Below are positions 1 through 15,100 of a stretch of DNA of 64,000 bases, piece after piece (position 1 is the first letter of the stretch; every line of letters starts with the position of its first letter). The notes under the pieces are model-generated. The model was not told where the DNA came from, did not search any database, and was given only the letters and a program-made list of their open reading frames with translations. Source of the stretch: the human T2T-CHM13v2.0 reference genome, Homo sapiens; NCBI RefSeq assembly GCF_009914755.1, contig NC_060940.1. One strand, 5' to 3'. Position numbers and translations under genes: made by a program.

Positions 1-911
1 CTCTTGTATTCCATTGGATAATTCCTTTCAGTTCCCTTCGATGATTATTCTTTCGAGTCAATTCGATGATTCTATTCCATTCCCTTCGATGATGATTCCA
101 TTTCACTCCATTTGATGATTCCATTCGACTCAATTTGGTGATGATTCAATTCGATGACATTCGATGACTCCATTCAATTTCATTTGATGATGATTACATT
201 CGAGTCCATTTGATGATTGTATTCCTTTCCTTTTGATGATTATTCCATTCGTGTCTATTCAAAGGTTCCATTCTATTCCATTCAATGATGATTGCATTTG
301 ATTCCATTCAATGATTATGGCTATCGATTCCACTCGTTGATTCCATTTGATTCCGTTCGATGATTATTCCGTTAGATTCCATTAGAAGATTCCATTCGAT
401 TTTATTCAATGATTCCAATGGATTCCATTCAATGATGATTCCATTCGACTCCATTCAGTGATTCCATTCGAGTCCATTTGATGATTCCATTCTTTTCCAT
501 TTGATGATGATTCCATTAGGGTCCATTCAATGATTCCATTCGAGTCCATTCGTTAATGCCTTTCGAGTCCTTTTGATCACTACATTCGAGTCCATTCAAT
601 GATTCTATTCGATTCCATTCCATGATGATTCCATTCGAGTTCATTCGATGATTGCATTCGAGTCCATTTGATGATTCCATATGATTCCCTTCGACAATGA
701 TTCCATTCGTGTCCATTTGATGATTCCATTCATTTCCTATCGATGAAGATTCCATTCAAGTGTATTCGATGATTCCATTCAAATCCATTCGATGATGATT
801 CCATTCCAGTCCATTCGATCATTCCACTTGATTCCATTTGATGACTATTCCATTCAAATCCATTTGATGATTCCATTCGATTCCATTCGATGTTACCATT
901 CGAGTATATAC
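1..911 (+). repeat. Non-canonical diverged HSat2 block, partial copy (truncated by window start)
   Basis: Near-identical to 11148-12058 (offset 11147; ORF 516 vs 11663). Its motifs (attatggctatcg, cattagggtcc, taatgcctttcg, cgagtatatacg) are not seen in the 6112-bp units. It rejoins the canonical sequence at 912 (gatgattccactcgattccatttgatgattattcc). Confidence 0.88.
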
Positions 912-1046
912 GATGATTCCACTCGATTCCATTTGATGATTATTCCATTGGAGTCCACTTAGTGAATCCTTTAGATTCTACTCGAAGATGATTCCATTCG
1001 AGTCCATTCGATGATACCATTCAATTCCATTCGTTGATGCTTCCAT

Positions 1047-4000
1047 TCAAGTGCATTCGATGATATCATTCGATTCCATTTGATGATAATTCCATTTGAT
1101 TCCATGCGATGATTCTATTCGATTCCATTCAATGATAATTCCATTCAATTCAGTGATTCCTCTGGACTCCATTTGATGATGATTCCATTCAATGATTCCA
1201 TTCGATTCTATTCGAAAATGATTCCATTTGAATCCATTTGATGATGATTCCATTGGATTCCATTTGATGATTCCATTCGATTCCATTCGATGATGATTCC
1301 ATTCGATTCCTTTTGATGATTCCATTCTATTGTATTCGATGATGATTCCATTCGATTCCATTCGATGATGATTGGATTCGATTCCATTTGATTCCATTCG
1401 ATAATGATTTCGATCAATTCCATTCGATGATTCCATTCGATTCCATTCGATAATGATTACATCCGAGTCCATTCGATGATTCCATTTGAGCCCGTTCGAT
1501 AATTCCATTTGAGTCCAATCAATGATTCCATTCATTTCCATTCAATGATTCCATTCGAGTCCATTTGATCATTCCGGTAGGGTCCGTTCGATATTGATTC
1601 CATTGGAGTGCATTCGATGATTCCATTCGAGTCCATTTTAGGATTTGATTCAAGTCCTTTCGATGATTCCATTCGATTCCACTCGATGATTTCATTCGAG
1701 TCCATTCGACACTTCCAATCGATTCCATTTGATGATTCCATTCGAGTCCAATTGATGATTCCATTCAATTCCATTCGATGATGATTCCGTACGATTCCAT
1801 TCTGTGATGATTCCATGTGATTGCATTCAATGATGATTCCTTTCGATTGCATTCGATTATGATTCATTTCGTGTTCATTCTATGGTTCCACAGGTTTCCA
1901 TTCGATGATGTTTCCATTCGTTTCCATTCCATTATTCCATTCTATTCCATTTGAAGATGATTCCATTCGATTCCATTCATTGGTGATTCCACTCAATTCC
2001 ATTCAATGATTCCATTCCATTTCTTTCAACAATGATTCCATTAGTTTCTATTCGATGATCCACTTGATTCCATTTGACGATGATTCCATTCGTGTCCATT
2101 CGATGATTCCATTTGATTCCATATGATGATGATTCCATTCGATTCCATACGATGATGATTCCATTCGAGTCCATTCAATGGTGATTCCATTCAATTCCAT
2201 TCGATGATTCCTTTCGATTCCATTCAATGATGATGGCATTCGATTCCTTTCGATCATTCCCTTTGATTCCATTCAAAGGTGATTTCATTCAAGTCCATTC
2301 GATAATTGCATTCGATTCCATTCTATGATGATTCCATTCGAGTCCATTTGATGATTCCATTCAATTCAAGTCAATGATGATTCCATTCGATTCTACTCGA
2401 TGATTCCATTGGATTCCATTCGATGATGATTCCATTCAAATCCATTCGATAATTCAATTCAAGTCCATTCGATGATGATTCCAATCGAATCCATTCAAAG
2501 ATTCCACTCAATTCCATTCGATGATGATTCCCTTAGATTCCATTCGATGATTCCACTTGATTCCATTTACGATGATTCCATTCGATTCCATGTGATGATT
2601 CCATTCAATTCTATTCAATGATGTTTCCACTTGATTCCATTCGAACATGATTGCCTTTGATTCCATTCAATGATTCCATACGGTTCCATTTGATGATGAT
2701 TCCATTGGAGTGCATTAGATGATTCCATCCGAGTCCATTTGATGATTCCATTCGATTCCATTCGATGTTGATTCTGTTCAAATCCATTCGATGATTCCAC
2801 TCGATTCCATTCGATGACTCCATTTGATCCCATTCGATGATTTCCTTTGATTCCCTTTGATGATCATTCCATTTGATTCAATTCGGTGATTTCATTTGAT
2901 TCCATTCAGTGATGTTTCCATTCAACTCCTTTCGATGATGATTCCATTCGACTCCATTCGATTATGATTTCATTCAATTCCATTCGATAATGATTCCCTT
3001 CAAGTCCATTCGATGATTCCATTCGATTCCATTCAACGATGATTTGATTCGTGTCCATTCGATGATTCCATTTGATTCCATTTGATGATGATTCCATTCG
3101 AGTCCCTTTCATGATTCCATTCAATTCCATTCTCCGATGATTTCTTTTGAGCCCATTCAATGCTTCCACTCGATTCCATATGATGATGACTCCATTTGAT
3201 GAAATTCCATGATGATTCCATTCGCTTGCATTCGATGATGATTCCACTTGAGTCCGTTAGAAGATTCTATTCAATTACATTCCATGACGATTCTGTTCGA
3301 GTCCATTTGATGATTCCATTAGACTCCATTCGACGATGATTCCATTCGATGTTATTCGATGATGATTCCATTCAACTCCATTCGATGTTTCCATTCGAGG
3401 TCATTCTATTATTCCATTAGATTCCATTCGATGATGATTCCATTCGATTCCATTTGATGATTGCATTCTATTTCATTTGATGATGATTCCATTCGAGTCC
3501 ATTCGATGATTCCATTCGAGTCCATTTAATGAATCCATTGGTTTCAATTCTATGATGATTACATTGGATTCCATTCGTTGATGATTTCATTCGATTCCAT
3601 TCAATGATGATTCCATTCAATTCCATTCAATGATTCCATTCAATTCCATACGATGATGATTCCATTTGATTTGATTCGACAGTGAGCCATTCGATTCAAT
3701 TCCATGATGATTCTATTTTATTCAATTGGTTGACATTTCCATTCGATTCCATTCGATGATGATTCCCTTTGATTCCATTCAAAGCTGATTCCATTCTAGC
3801 CCATTCAATCATTCCATTCGATTCTATTCAATGATGATTCCATTCATGTCGATTTGGTGATTCCATTTGACTTCATTTGATGATGATTCTTTTCAAGTTC
3901 ATTAGATGATTCCATTCGATTCCATTTGATGATGATCCCATTCGAGTCCATTTGATGATTCCACTCGTTTCCATTCCATGATGATTCCATTCCATTCCAT

Positions 4001-7000
4001 TCAATGATTCCATTCGATTCCGTTTGATGATGATTTCATTCGAGTCCATTTGATGATTCCATTTGATTCCATTCGAAGATGATTACATTCGAGTCCATAC
4101 GATGATTCCACTCAATTCCATATGATGATGATTCCATTCGATTCCATTCGATGATTCCACTTGATTCCATTTACGATGATTCCATTCTATTCCATGCGAT
4201 GATTCCATTCAGTTCTATTCAATGCTGTTTCCATTTGATTCCATTCGACCATGATTGCCTTTGATTCCATTCAATGACTCCATTCGGTTCCTTTTGATGA
4301 TGATTCCGTTCGATTCCATTTCATTATTCCATTTGATTCCATTGGATGAGTCCATTCGATTACATTCGATGATTATTCCATTCGAGTGCATTAGATGATT
4401 CCATTCGAGTCCATTCGATGATTCCATTCGATTCCATTCGATGTTGATTCTGTTCAAATCCATTCGATGATTCCACTCGATTCCATTCGATGACTCCAGT
4501 TGATCCCATTTGATGATTTCCTTTGATTCCCTTTGATGATCATTCCATTTGATTCAATTCGGTGATTTCATTTGATTCCATTCAGTGATGTTTCCATTCG
4601 ACTCCATTCGATGATGATTCCATTCGACTCCATTCGATTATGATTTCATTCAATTCCATTCGATAATGATTCCCTTCGTGTCCATTCGATGATTCCATTC
4701 GATTCCATTCAACGATGATTTGATTCGTGTCCATTCGATGATTCCATTTGATTCCACTTGATGATGATTCCATTCGAGTCCATTTGATGATTCCATTCAA
4801 TTCCATTCTCCGATGATTTCTTTTGAGCCCATTCAATGCTTCCACTCGATTCCATATGATGATGACTCCATTCGATGAAATTCGATGATGATTCCCTTTG
4901 ATTCCATTCAAAGATGATTCCATTCTAGCCCATTCATTCATTCCTTTCGATTCTATTCAATGATGATTCCATTCATGTCGATTTGGTGATTCCATTTGAC
5001 TTCATTTGATGATGATTCCTTTCAAGTTCATTAGATGATTCCATTCGATTCCATTTGATGATGATCCCATTGGAGTCCATTCAGTGATTCCACTCGTTTC
5101 CATTCCATGATGATTCCATTCCATTCCATTCAATGATTCCATTCGATTCCGTTTGATGATGATTTCATTCGAGTCCATTTGATGATTCCATTTGATTCCA
5201 TTCGATGATGATTACATTCGAGTCCATACGATGATTCCACTCAATTCCATATGATGATGATTCCATTCGATTCCATTCGATGATTCCATTCTATTCTATT
5301 CAATGGTGATTCCATTCGAGTACATTAGATGATTCCATTCGATTCCATTCAATGATGATTCTATTTGTGTCCCTTAGATGGTTCCACATGATTCCATTTC
5401 ATGATGATACTATTTGAGCCCATCCAATGATTCCCTTCGATTCCATTCGATGAGGATTCCATTCGATTCAATTCATTGGTGATTCTATTCAATTCAATTC
5501 TTTGATTCCATTCCATTCCATTCGACAATGATTCCATTCGATTTCTTTCGATGATTCCACTCGATTCCACTTGACATTGATTCCATTCGATTCCATTCAA
5601 TGATTCCGTTTGATTCCAGTGGATGATGATTGCCATCGATTCCATTCGATCACTCCATTCTATTCCATTTGATGATGATTACATTCGATTCCATTTGATG
5701 ATTCCATCTGATTCTATTCGAGGATTCCATTTGATTCCATTCGATGATGATTCCATTCGAGTGCATTCGATGATTTCATTCGAGTACATCCAATGATTCC
5801 ATTCGAGTCCATTTGATGATTCCATTTAATTCCATTTGATTATGATTCTACTAGAGTCCATTCAATGACTCCATTCGAATCCATTCAACAATTCCATTCG
5901 AGGCCATTCGATGATTCCATTTCATGATTCCATTCGAGTCCATTTAATCATTACAGTCGAGTCCATTTGGTGATTCCACTGGATTTCTTTTGATAATGAT
6001 ACCATTCAATTACATTTGATGATGATCCCATTCAATTTCATTTGATGGTGATTCCATTAGAGTCCATTCGATGATTTCATTCGAGTCCCTTCATTGATTC
6101 CATCCGATTTCATTGGATGATGACTCCATTCGAGTCCATTCGATGATTCCACTCGATTCCATTAGATGATTCCATTGGAGTCCATTTGATTGTTCCATTC
6201 GATTCTATTCGATTCCTTTCGAAGATTATTCCATTTGAGTCCATTCGATGATGATTCCATTCCATTCCATTCGATGATTCCGTTTGATTCCATTCAATGA
6301 TTCCCTTCGATTCCTTTCTTTGATGATTCCATTCCATTCCATTCAATGATTCCATTCGAATCTATTCCATGATGATTCCTTTCGATTCCATTCGCTGATG
6401 TTTCCGTTCAATTCCATTCGATGATGATTCCATTCGATTCCATTCATTGAGGATTCCATTTGATTCCATTCAATGATGATTCCATTCTATTCCATTCAAT
6501 GATTGCATTCAATTCCATTCAATGATCATCCCATTAGAGTAAACTCAACGATTCCATTCAATACCATTCGATGATGATTCCTTTTGAGTCCATTCAATGA
6601 TTTCATTCAAGTCCATTTGATGATTCCTTTCAATTCCATTCTATGATGATTCCATTCGAGTCCATTCGATGATTCCATTCGATTGCATTCGATGATTTCA
6701 TTATATTCCAGTCAACGATGATTCCATTCGAGTCCATTCGATGATTCCATTAGAGTACATTTAATGATTGCTTTGTTTTCAATTCGAAGATGATTACATT
6801 GGATTCCATTCTATGATACCATTCGATTCCATTCAATGATGATTCCACTCAAATCCATTGGATGATTCCATTCGTGTCCATTCGGTGATTTCATTAGATT
6901 CCATTCGAGGATGATTCCATTCGATTCCATTCGATGATTCCATTCAATTCCATTCTATGATGATTCCATTCCAGTCCATATGATCATTCCATTTGATTTC

Positions 7001-8064
7001 ATTCGATGATGATTCCATTCGATTCCATTCGATGATTCCATTCTATTCCATTCGATGATGATTCCATTCGAGTCCATTCGATGATTCCATTCTATTCCTT
7101 TCGATGATGATTCCATTCGAGTCCATTCGATGATTCCATTCGAGTCCATTTAATGATTCCATTGGGTTCAATTCAATGATGATTACATTGGATTCCGTTC
7201 TATGATTCCATTCAATTCCGTTCATTGACAATTTGATTCCATTCGATGATGATTCCATTTGAGTTCATTCGATGATTCTATTCGATTCTCTTCGATGGTG
7301 ATTCAATTCTATTATATTGGATGATTCCATTCGATTCCATTTGATGTTGATTCAATTCGATTCTATTCGATGATGATTCCATTGGATTTCACTTGATGAT
7401 TCTATTCGATTCCATTCAATGATGATTCACTTCTCGTCCATTGGATGATTCCATTTCATTCCATTCGATGATGATTCCATTCGATTCCATTCGATGATTC
7501 CATTTGATTCCATGCGACGGTGAGCAATTCGATTCAATTCCATGATGATTCTATTTGATTCAATTAGATGATGTTTCCATTCGAATCCATTCCATGATTA
7601 TTCCATTGGAATCCATTCGGCGATGATTCCATATGAGTCAATTCAATGATGATTCCATATGGGTCCGTTCGATGATAATTCCATTTGATTTCATTCGATG
7701 CTTCTATTCTATTCCAGTCGATGATGATTCCGTTGGAGTCCATACGATGATTCCATTTGATTTCATTTGATGATGATTCCATTCGATGATGATTACATTG
7801 GATTCCATTCTATGATTCCATTCAATTCCATTCGTTGATGATTCGATTCCATTCAATGATGATTCCATTTGAGTTCATTCGATGATTCTATTCGATTCCG
7901 TTCGATGGTGATTCAATTCTATTATATTGGATGATTCCACTCGATTCCATTTGATGATTATTCCATTGGAGTCCACTTAGTGAATCCTTTAGATTCTACT
8001 CGACGATGATTCCATTCGAGTCCATTCAATGATACCATTCAATTTCATTCGTTGATGCTTCCAT
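1047..8064 (+). repeat. 7018-bp expanded variant of the 6112-bp unit
   Basis: Anchor spacing 1047->8065. The length is fully explained by visible indels: 6112+1604(duplication)-570-170+49-13+16+3-3-10=7018. Confidence 0.9.
2536..5268 (+). repeat. Internal tandem duplication within the unit (arms 2536-4139 and 4140-5268)
   Basis: ORF homologues 2611/4215 and 2906/4582. The motifs ccacttgattccatttacg, tttcttttgagccc and catgtcgatttgg each occur twice. Junction at 4140-4159. Confidence 0.88.
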
Positions 8065-11000
8065 TCAAGTGCATTCGATGATATCATTCGATTCCATTTG
8101 ATGATAATTCCATTTGATTCCGTGCGATGATTCTATTCGATTCCATTCAATGATAATTCCATTCAATTCAGTGATTCCTCTGGACTCCATTTGATGATGA
8201 TTCCATTCAATGATTCCATTCGATTCTATTCCAAAATGATTCCATTTGAATCCATTTGATGATGATTCCATTAGATTCCATTTGATGATTCCATTCGATT
8301 GCATTTGACGATGATTCCATTCGATTCCATTTGATGATTCCATTCTATTCTATTCGATGATGATTCCATTCGATTCCATTTGATGATGATTGGATTCGAT
8401 TCCATTTGATGATTTCATTTGATTCCATTCGTTAATGATTTCGATCAACTCCATTCGATGATTCCATTTGATTCCATTCGATAATGATTACATCCGAGTC
8501 CATTCGATGATTCCATTTGAGCCCGTTCGATAATTCCATTTGAGTCCAATCAATGATTCCATTCATTTCCATTCAATGATTCCATTCGAGTCCATTTGAT
8601 CATTCTGGTAGGATCCGTTCGATGTTGATTCCATTGGAGTGCATTCGATGATTCCATTCGAGTCCATTTTATGATTTGATTCGAGTCCTTTCGATGATTC
8701 CATTCGATTCCACTCGATGATGATTTCATTCGAGTCCATTCGACACTTCCAATCGATTCCATTTGATGTTTCCATTCGAGTCCAATTGATGATTCCATTC
8801 AATTCCATTCGATGATGATTCCGTACGATTCCATTCTGTGATGATTCCATGTGATTGCATTCCATGATGATTCCTTTCGATTGCATTCGATTATGATTCA
8901 TTTCGTGTTCATTCTATGGTTCCACAGGTTACCATTCGATGACGTTTCCGTTCGTGTCCATTCCATTATTCCATTCTATTTCATTTGATGATGATTCCAT
9001 TCGATTCCATTCATTGGTGATTCCACTCAATTCCATTCAATGATTCCATTCCATTTCTTTCAACAATGATTCCATTAGTTTCTATTCGATGATCCACTTG
9101 ATTCCATTTGGCGATGATTCCATTCGTGTCCATTCGATGATTCCATTTGATTCCATATGATGATGATTCCATTTGATTCCATACCATGATGATTCCATTC
9201 GAGTCCATTCAATGGTGATTCCATTCAATTCCATTCGATGATTCCTTCCGATTCCATTCGATGATGATGGCATTCGATTCCTTTCAATCATTCCCTTTGA
9301 TTCCATTCAAAGGTGATTTCATTCAAGTCCATTCGATAATTGCATTCGATTCCATTCTATGATGATTCCATTCGAGTCCATTTGATGATTCCATTCAATT
9401 CAAGTCAATGATGATTCCATTCAATTCCACTCGATGATTCCATTGGATTCCATTCGATGATGATTCCATTCAAATCCATTCGATAATTCAATTCAAGTCC
9501 ATTCGATGATGATTCCAATCGAATCCATTCAAAGATTCCATTCAATTCCATTCGATGATGATTCCCTTAGATTCCATTCGATGATTCCACTTGATTCCAT
9601 TTACGATGATTCCATTCGATTCCATGTGATGAATCCATTCAATTCTATTCAATGATGTTTCCATTTGATTCCATTGGACCATGATTGCCTTTGATTCCAT
9701 TCAATGATTCCATTCGGTTCCATTTGATGATGTTTCCGTTCGATTCCATTTCATTATTCCATTTGATTCCATTGGATGAGTCCATTCGATTACATTCGAT
9801 GATTATTCCATTCGAGTGCATTAGATGATTGCATTCGAGTCCATTCGATGATTCCATTCGATTCCATTCGATGTTGATTCTGTTCAAATCCATTCGATGA
9901 TTCCACTCGATTCCAATCGATGACTCCATTTGATCCCATTCGATGATTTCCTGTGATTCCCTTTGATGATCATTCTATTTGATTCAATTCGGTGATTTCA
10001 TTTCATTCCATTCAGTGATGTTTCCATTCGACTGTATTCGATGATGATTCCATTCGACTCCATTCGATTATGATTTCATTCAATTCCATTCAATAATGAT
10101 TCCCTTCGAGTCCATTCGATGATTCCATTCGATTCCATTCAACGATGATTTGATTCGTTTCCATTCGATGATTCCATTTGATTCCACTTGATGATGATTC
10201 CATTCGAGTCCATTTGATGATTCCATTCGAGTCTATTTATGTATTATATTCGTGTCCACTTCATGATTCCATTCAATTCCATTTAATGTTGATTCCATTT
10301 GATTCCATTTGATGATTCAGTTCGATTCCTTGCAATGATTCCCTACGATTCCTTTCTCTGATGATTCCATTCGATTCCATTCATTGATGATTTCATTCGA
10401 CTCCATTCGATGATGATTCTTTCGATTCCATTTGACGATGTTTCCATTCGACTCCATTCGATGATGATTCTATTCAATTCTGTTCTATTATGATTCCATT
10501 CGATTTCATTCAATGCTTCTATTTGATTCCATTCGATGATGATTCCATCTCTTTCCCTTCGATGATTCCATTTGATTCCATTCAGTGATGATTCCATTTG
10601 ATTCCATCTGATGATGATTTCACTTGATTCCTTTCAATGATGATTCAATTCAAGTCCATTCGATGATTCCATTGGAGTCCAAACGATCATTCCGTTCGAT
10701 TCCATTCAATGGTGATTCCATTCATGTCCATTCGATGAATCCATTCAATTCCATTCGATGATGACTCCATTCGAGTACATTCGATGATTCCATTTGATTC
10801 CATTTGAAGATGATTCCATTCAATTCCATTCGAAGATGATTCCATTCAATTCCATTCGATGATGATTCCGTATGAATCCATTCTCTGATTATTCCATTCG
10901 ATTCCATTCATTGACGATTCCATTCAATTCCATTCAATGATGATTCTCTTCTATTCCATTCGATGATTCTGGTCGATTCCATTCGATGATGATTCCATTA

Positions 11001-12193
11001 GATTCCATTCGATTGTTGCATTCGATTCCCTTCGATGATGATTCCTTTGAATTCCATTCGATTATCATTCCGTATGAATCCATTTGATGATTATTCCATT
11101 GGATTCCTTTCGATGATGATTCCATTCGATTCCATTTGATGATGTTTCTCTTGTATTCCATTGGATAATTCCTTTCAGTTCCCTTCGATGATTATTCTTT
11201 CAAGTCAATTCGATGATTCTATTCCATTCCCTTCGATGATGATTCCATTTCACTCCATTTGATGATTCCATTCGACTCAATTTGGTGATGATTCAATTCG
11301 ATGACATTCGATGACTCCATTCAATTTCATTTGATGATGATTACATTCGAGTCCATTTGATGATTGTATTCCTTTCCTTTTGATGATTATTCCATTCGTG
11401 TCTATTCAAAGGTTCCATTCTATTCCATTCAATGATGATTGCATTTGATTCCATTCAATGATTATGGCTATCGATTCCACTCGTTGATTCCATTTGATTC
11501 CGTTCGATGATTATTCCGTTAGATTCCATTAGAAGATTCCATTCGATTTTATTCAATGATTCCAATGGATTCCATTCAATGATGATTCCATTCGACTCCA
11601 TTCAGTGATTCCATTCGAGTCCATTTGATGATTCCATTCTTTTCCATTTGATGATGATTCCATTAGGGTCCATTCAATGATTCCATTCGAGTCCATTCGT
11701 TAATGCCTTTCGAGTCCTTTTGATCACTACATTCGAGTCCATTCAATGATTCTATTCGATTCCATTCCATGATGATTCCATTCGAGTTCATTCGATGATT
11801 GCATTCGAGTCCATTTGATGATTCCATATGATTCCCTTCGACAATGATTCCATTCGTGTCCATTTGATGATTCCATTCATTTCCTATCGATGAAGATTCC
11901 ATTCAAGTGTATTCGATGATTCCATTCAAATCCATTCGATGATGATTCCATTCCAGTCCATTCGATCATTCCACTTGATTCCATTTGATGACTATTCCAT
12001 TCAAATCCATTTGATGATTCCATTCGATTCCATTCGATGTTACCATTCGAGTATATACGATGATTCCACTCGATTCCATTTGATGATTATTCCATTGGAG
12101 TCCACTTAGTGAATCCTTTAGATTCTACTGGAAGATGATTCCATTCGAGTCCATTCGATGATACCATTCAATTCCATTCGTTGATGCTTCCAT
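8065..12193 (+). repeat. 4129-bp variant unit: 3832 bp of canonical sequence replaced by a 1830-bp non-canonical block
   Basis: Anchor spacing 8065->12194; 6112+16+3-3832+1830=4129. Confidence 0.88.
10229..12058 (+). repeat. Non-canonical diverged HSat2 block, full 1830-bp copy
   Basis: Leaves the canonical path at 10229 (equivalent to 27033) and rejoins at 12059 (equivalent to 30865). ORFs 10343, 10722 and 10934 have no homologue elsewhere in the track. Confidence 0.88.
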
Positions 12194-15100
12194 TCAAGTG
12201 CATTCGATGATATCATTCGATTCCATTTGATGATAATTCCATTTGATTCCATGCGATGATTCTATTCGATTCCATTCAATAATAATTCCATTCAATTCAG
12301 TGATTCCTCTGGACTCCATTTGATGATGATTCCATTCAATGATTCCATTCGATTCTATTCGAAAATGATTCCATTTGAATCCATTTGATGATGATTCCAT
12401 TGGATTCCATTTGATGATTCCATTCGATTCCATTCGATGATGATTCCATTCGATTCCTTTTGATGATTCCATTCTATTGTATTCGATGATGATTCCATTC
12501 GATTCCATTCGATGATGATTGGATTCGATTCCATTTGATGATTTCATTTGATTCCATTCGATAATGATTTCGATCAATTCCATTCGATGATTCCATTCGA
12601 TTCCATTCGATAATGATTACATCCGAGTCCATTCGATGATTCCATTTGAGCCCGTTCGATAATTCCATTTGAGTCCAATCAATGATTCCATTCATTTCCA
12701 TTCAATGATTCCATTCGAGTCCATTTGATCATTCCGGTAGGGTCCGTTCGATATTGATTCCATTGGAGTGCATTCGATGATTCCATTCGAGTCCATTTTA
12801 GGATTTGATTCGAGTCCTTTCGATGATTCCATTCGATTCCACTCGATGATTTCATTCGAGTCCATTCGACACTTCCAATCGATTCCATTTGATGATTCCA
12901 TTCGAGTCCAATTGATGATTCCATTCAATTCCATTCGATGATGATTCCGTACGATTCCATTCTGTGATGATTCCATGTGATTGCATTCAATGATGATTCC
13001 TTTCGATTGCATTCGATTATGATTCATTTCGTGTTCATTCTATGGTTCCACAGGTTTCCATTCGATGATGTTTCCATTCGTGTCCATTCCATTATTCCAT
13101 TCTATTCCATTTGAAGATGATTCCATTCGATTCCATTCATTGGTGATTCCACTCAATTCCATTCAATGATTCCATTCCATTTCTTTCAACAATGATTCCA
13201 TTAGTTTCTATTCGATGATCCACTTGATTCCATTTGACGATGATTCCATTCGTGTCCATTCGATGATTCCATTTGATTCCATATGATGATGATTCCATTC
13301 GATTCCATACGATGATGATTCCATTCGAGTCCATTCAATGGTGATTCCATTCAATTCCATTCGATGATTCCTTTCGATTCCATTCAATGATGATGGCATT
13401 CGATTCCTTTCGATCATTCCCTTTGATTCCATTCAAAGGTGATTTCATTCAAGTCCATTCGATAATTGCATTCGATTCCATTCTATGATGATTCCATTCG
13501 AGTCCATTTGATGATTCCATTCAATTCAAGTCAATGATGATTCCATTCGATTCCACTCGATGATTCCATTGGATTCCATTCGATGATGATTCCATTCAAA
13601 TCCATTCGACAATTCAATTCAAGTCCATTCGATGATGATTCCAATCGAATCCATTCAAAGATTCCACTCAATTCCATTCGATGATGATTCCCTTAGATTC
13701 CATTCGATGATTCCACTTGATTCCATTTACGATGATTCCATTCGATTCCATGTGATGATTCCATTCAATTCTATTCAATGATGTTTCCACTTGATTCCAT
13801 TCGAACATGATTGCCTTTGATTCCATTCAATGATTCCATACGGTTCCATTTGATGATGATTCCATTGGAGTGCATTAGATGATTCCATCCGAGTCCATTT
13901 GATGATTCCATTCGATTCCATTCGATGTTGATTCTGTTCAAATACATTCGATGATTCCACTCGATTCCATTCGATGACTCCATTTGATCCCATTCGATGA
14001 TTTCCTTTGATTCCCTTTGATGATCATTCCATTTGATTCAATTCGGTGATTTCATTTGATTCCATTCAGTGATGTTTCCATTCAACTCCTTTCGATGATG
14101 ATTCCATTCGACTCCATTCGATTATGATTTCATTCAATTCCATTCGATAATGATTCCCTTCAAGTCCATTCGATGATTCCATTCGATTCCATTCAACGAT
14201 GATTTGATTCGTGTCCATTCGATGATTCCATTTGATTCCATTTGATGATGATTCCATTCGAGTCCCTTTCATGATTCCATTCAATTCCATTCTCCGATGA
14301 TTTCTTTTGAGCCCATTCAATGCTTCCACTCGATTCCATATGATGATGACTCCATTTGATGAAATTCCATGATGATTCCATTCGCTTGCATTCGATGATG
14401 ATTCCACTTGAGTCCGTTAGAAGATTCTATTCAATTACATTCCATGACGATTCTGTTCGAGTCCATTTGATGATTCCATTAGACTCCATTCGACGATGAT
14501 TCCATTCGATGTTATTCGATGATGATTCCATTCAACTCCATTCGATGTTTCCATTCGAGGTCATTCTATTATTCCATTAGATTCCATTCGATGATGATTC
14601 CATTCGATTCCATTTGATGATTGCATTCTATTTCATTTGATGATGATTCCATTCGAGTCCATTCGATGATTCCATTCGAGTCCATTTAATGAATCCATTG
14701 GTTTCAATTCTATGATGATTACATTGGATTCCATTCGTTGATGATTTCATTCGATTCCATTCAATGATGATTCCATTCAATTCCATTCAATGATTCCATT
14801 CAATTCCATACGATGATGATTCCATTTGATTTGATTCGACAGTGAGCCATTCGATTCAATTCCATGATGATTCTATTTTATTCAATTGGTTGACATTTCC
14901 ATTCGATTCCATTCGATGATGATTCCCCTTGATTCCATTCAAAGCTGATTCCATTCTAGCCCATTCAATCATTCCATTCGATTCTATTCAATGATGATTC
15001 CATTCATGTCGATTTGGTGATTCCATTTGACCTCATTTGATGATGATTCTTTTCAAGTTCATTAGATGATTCCATTCGATTCCATTTGATGATGATCCCA

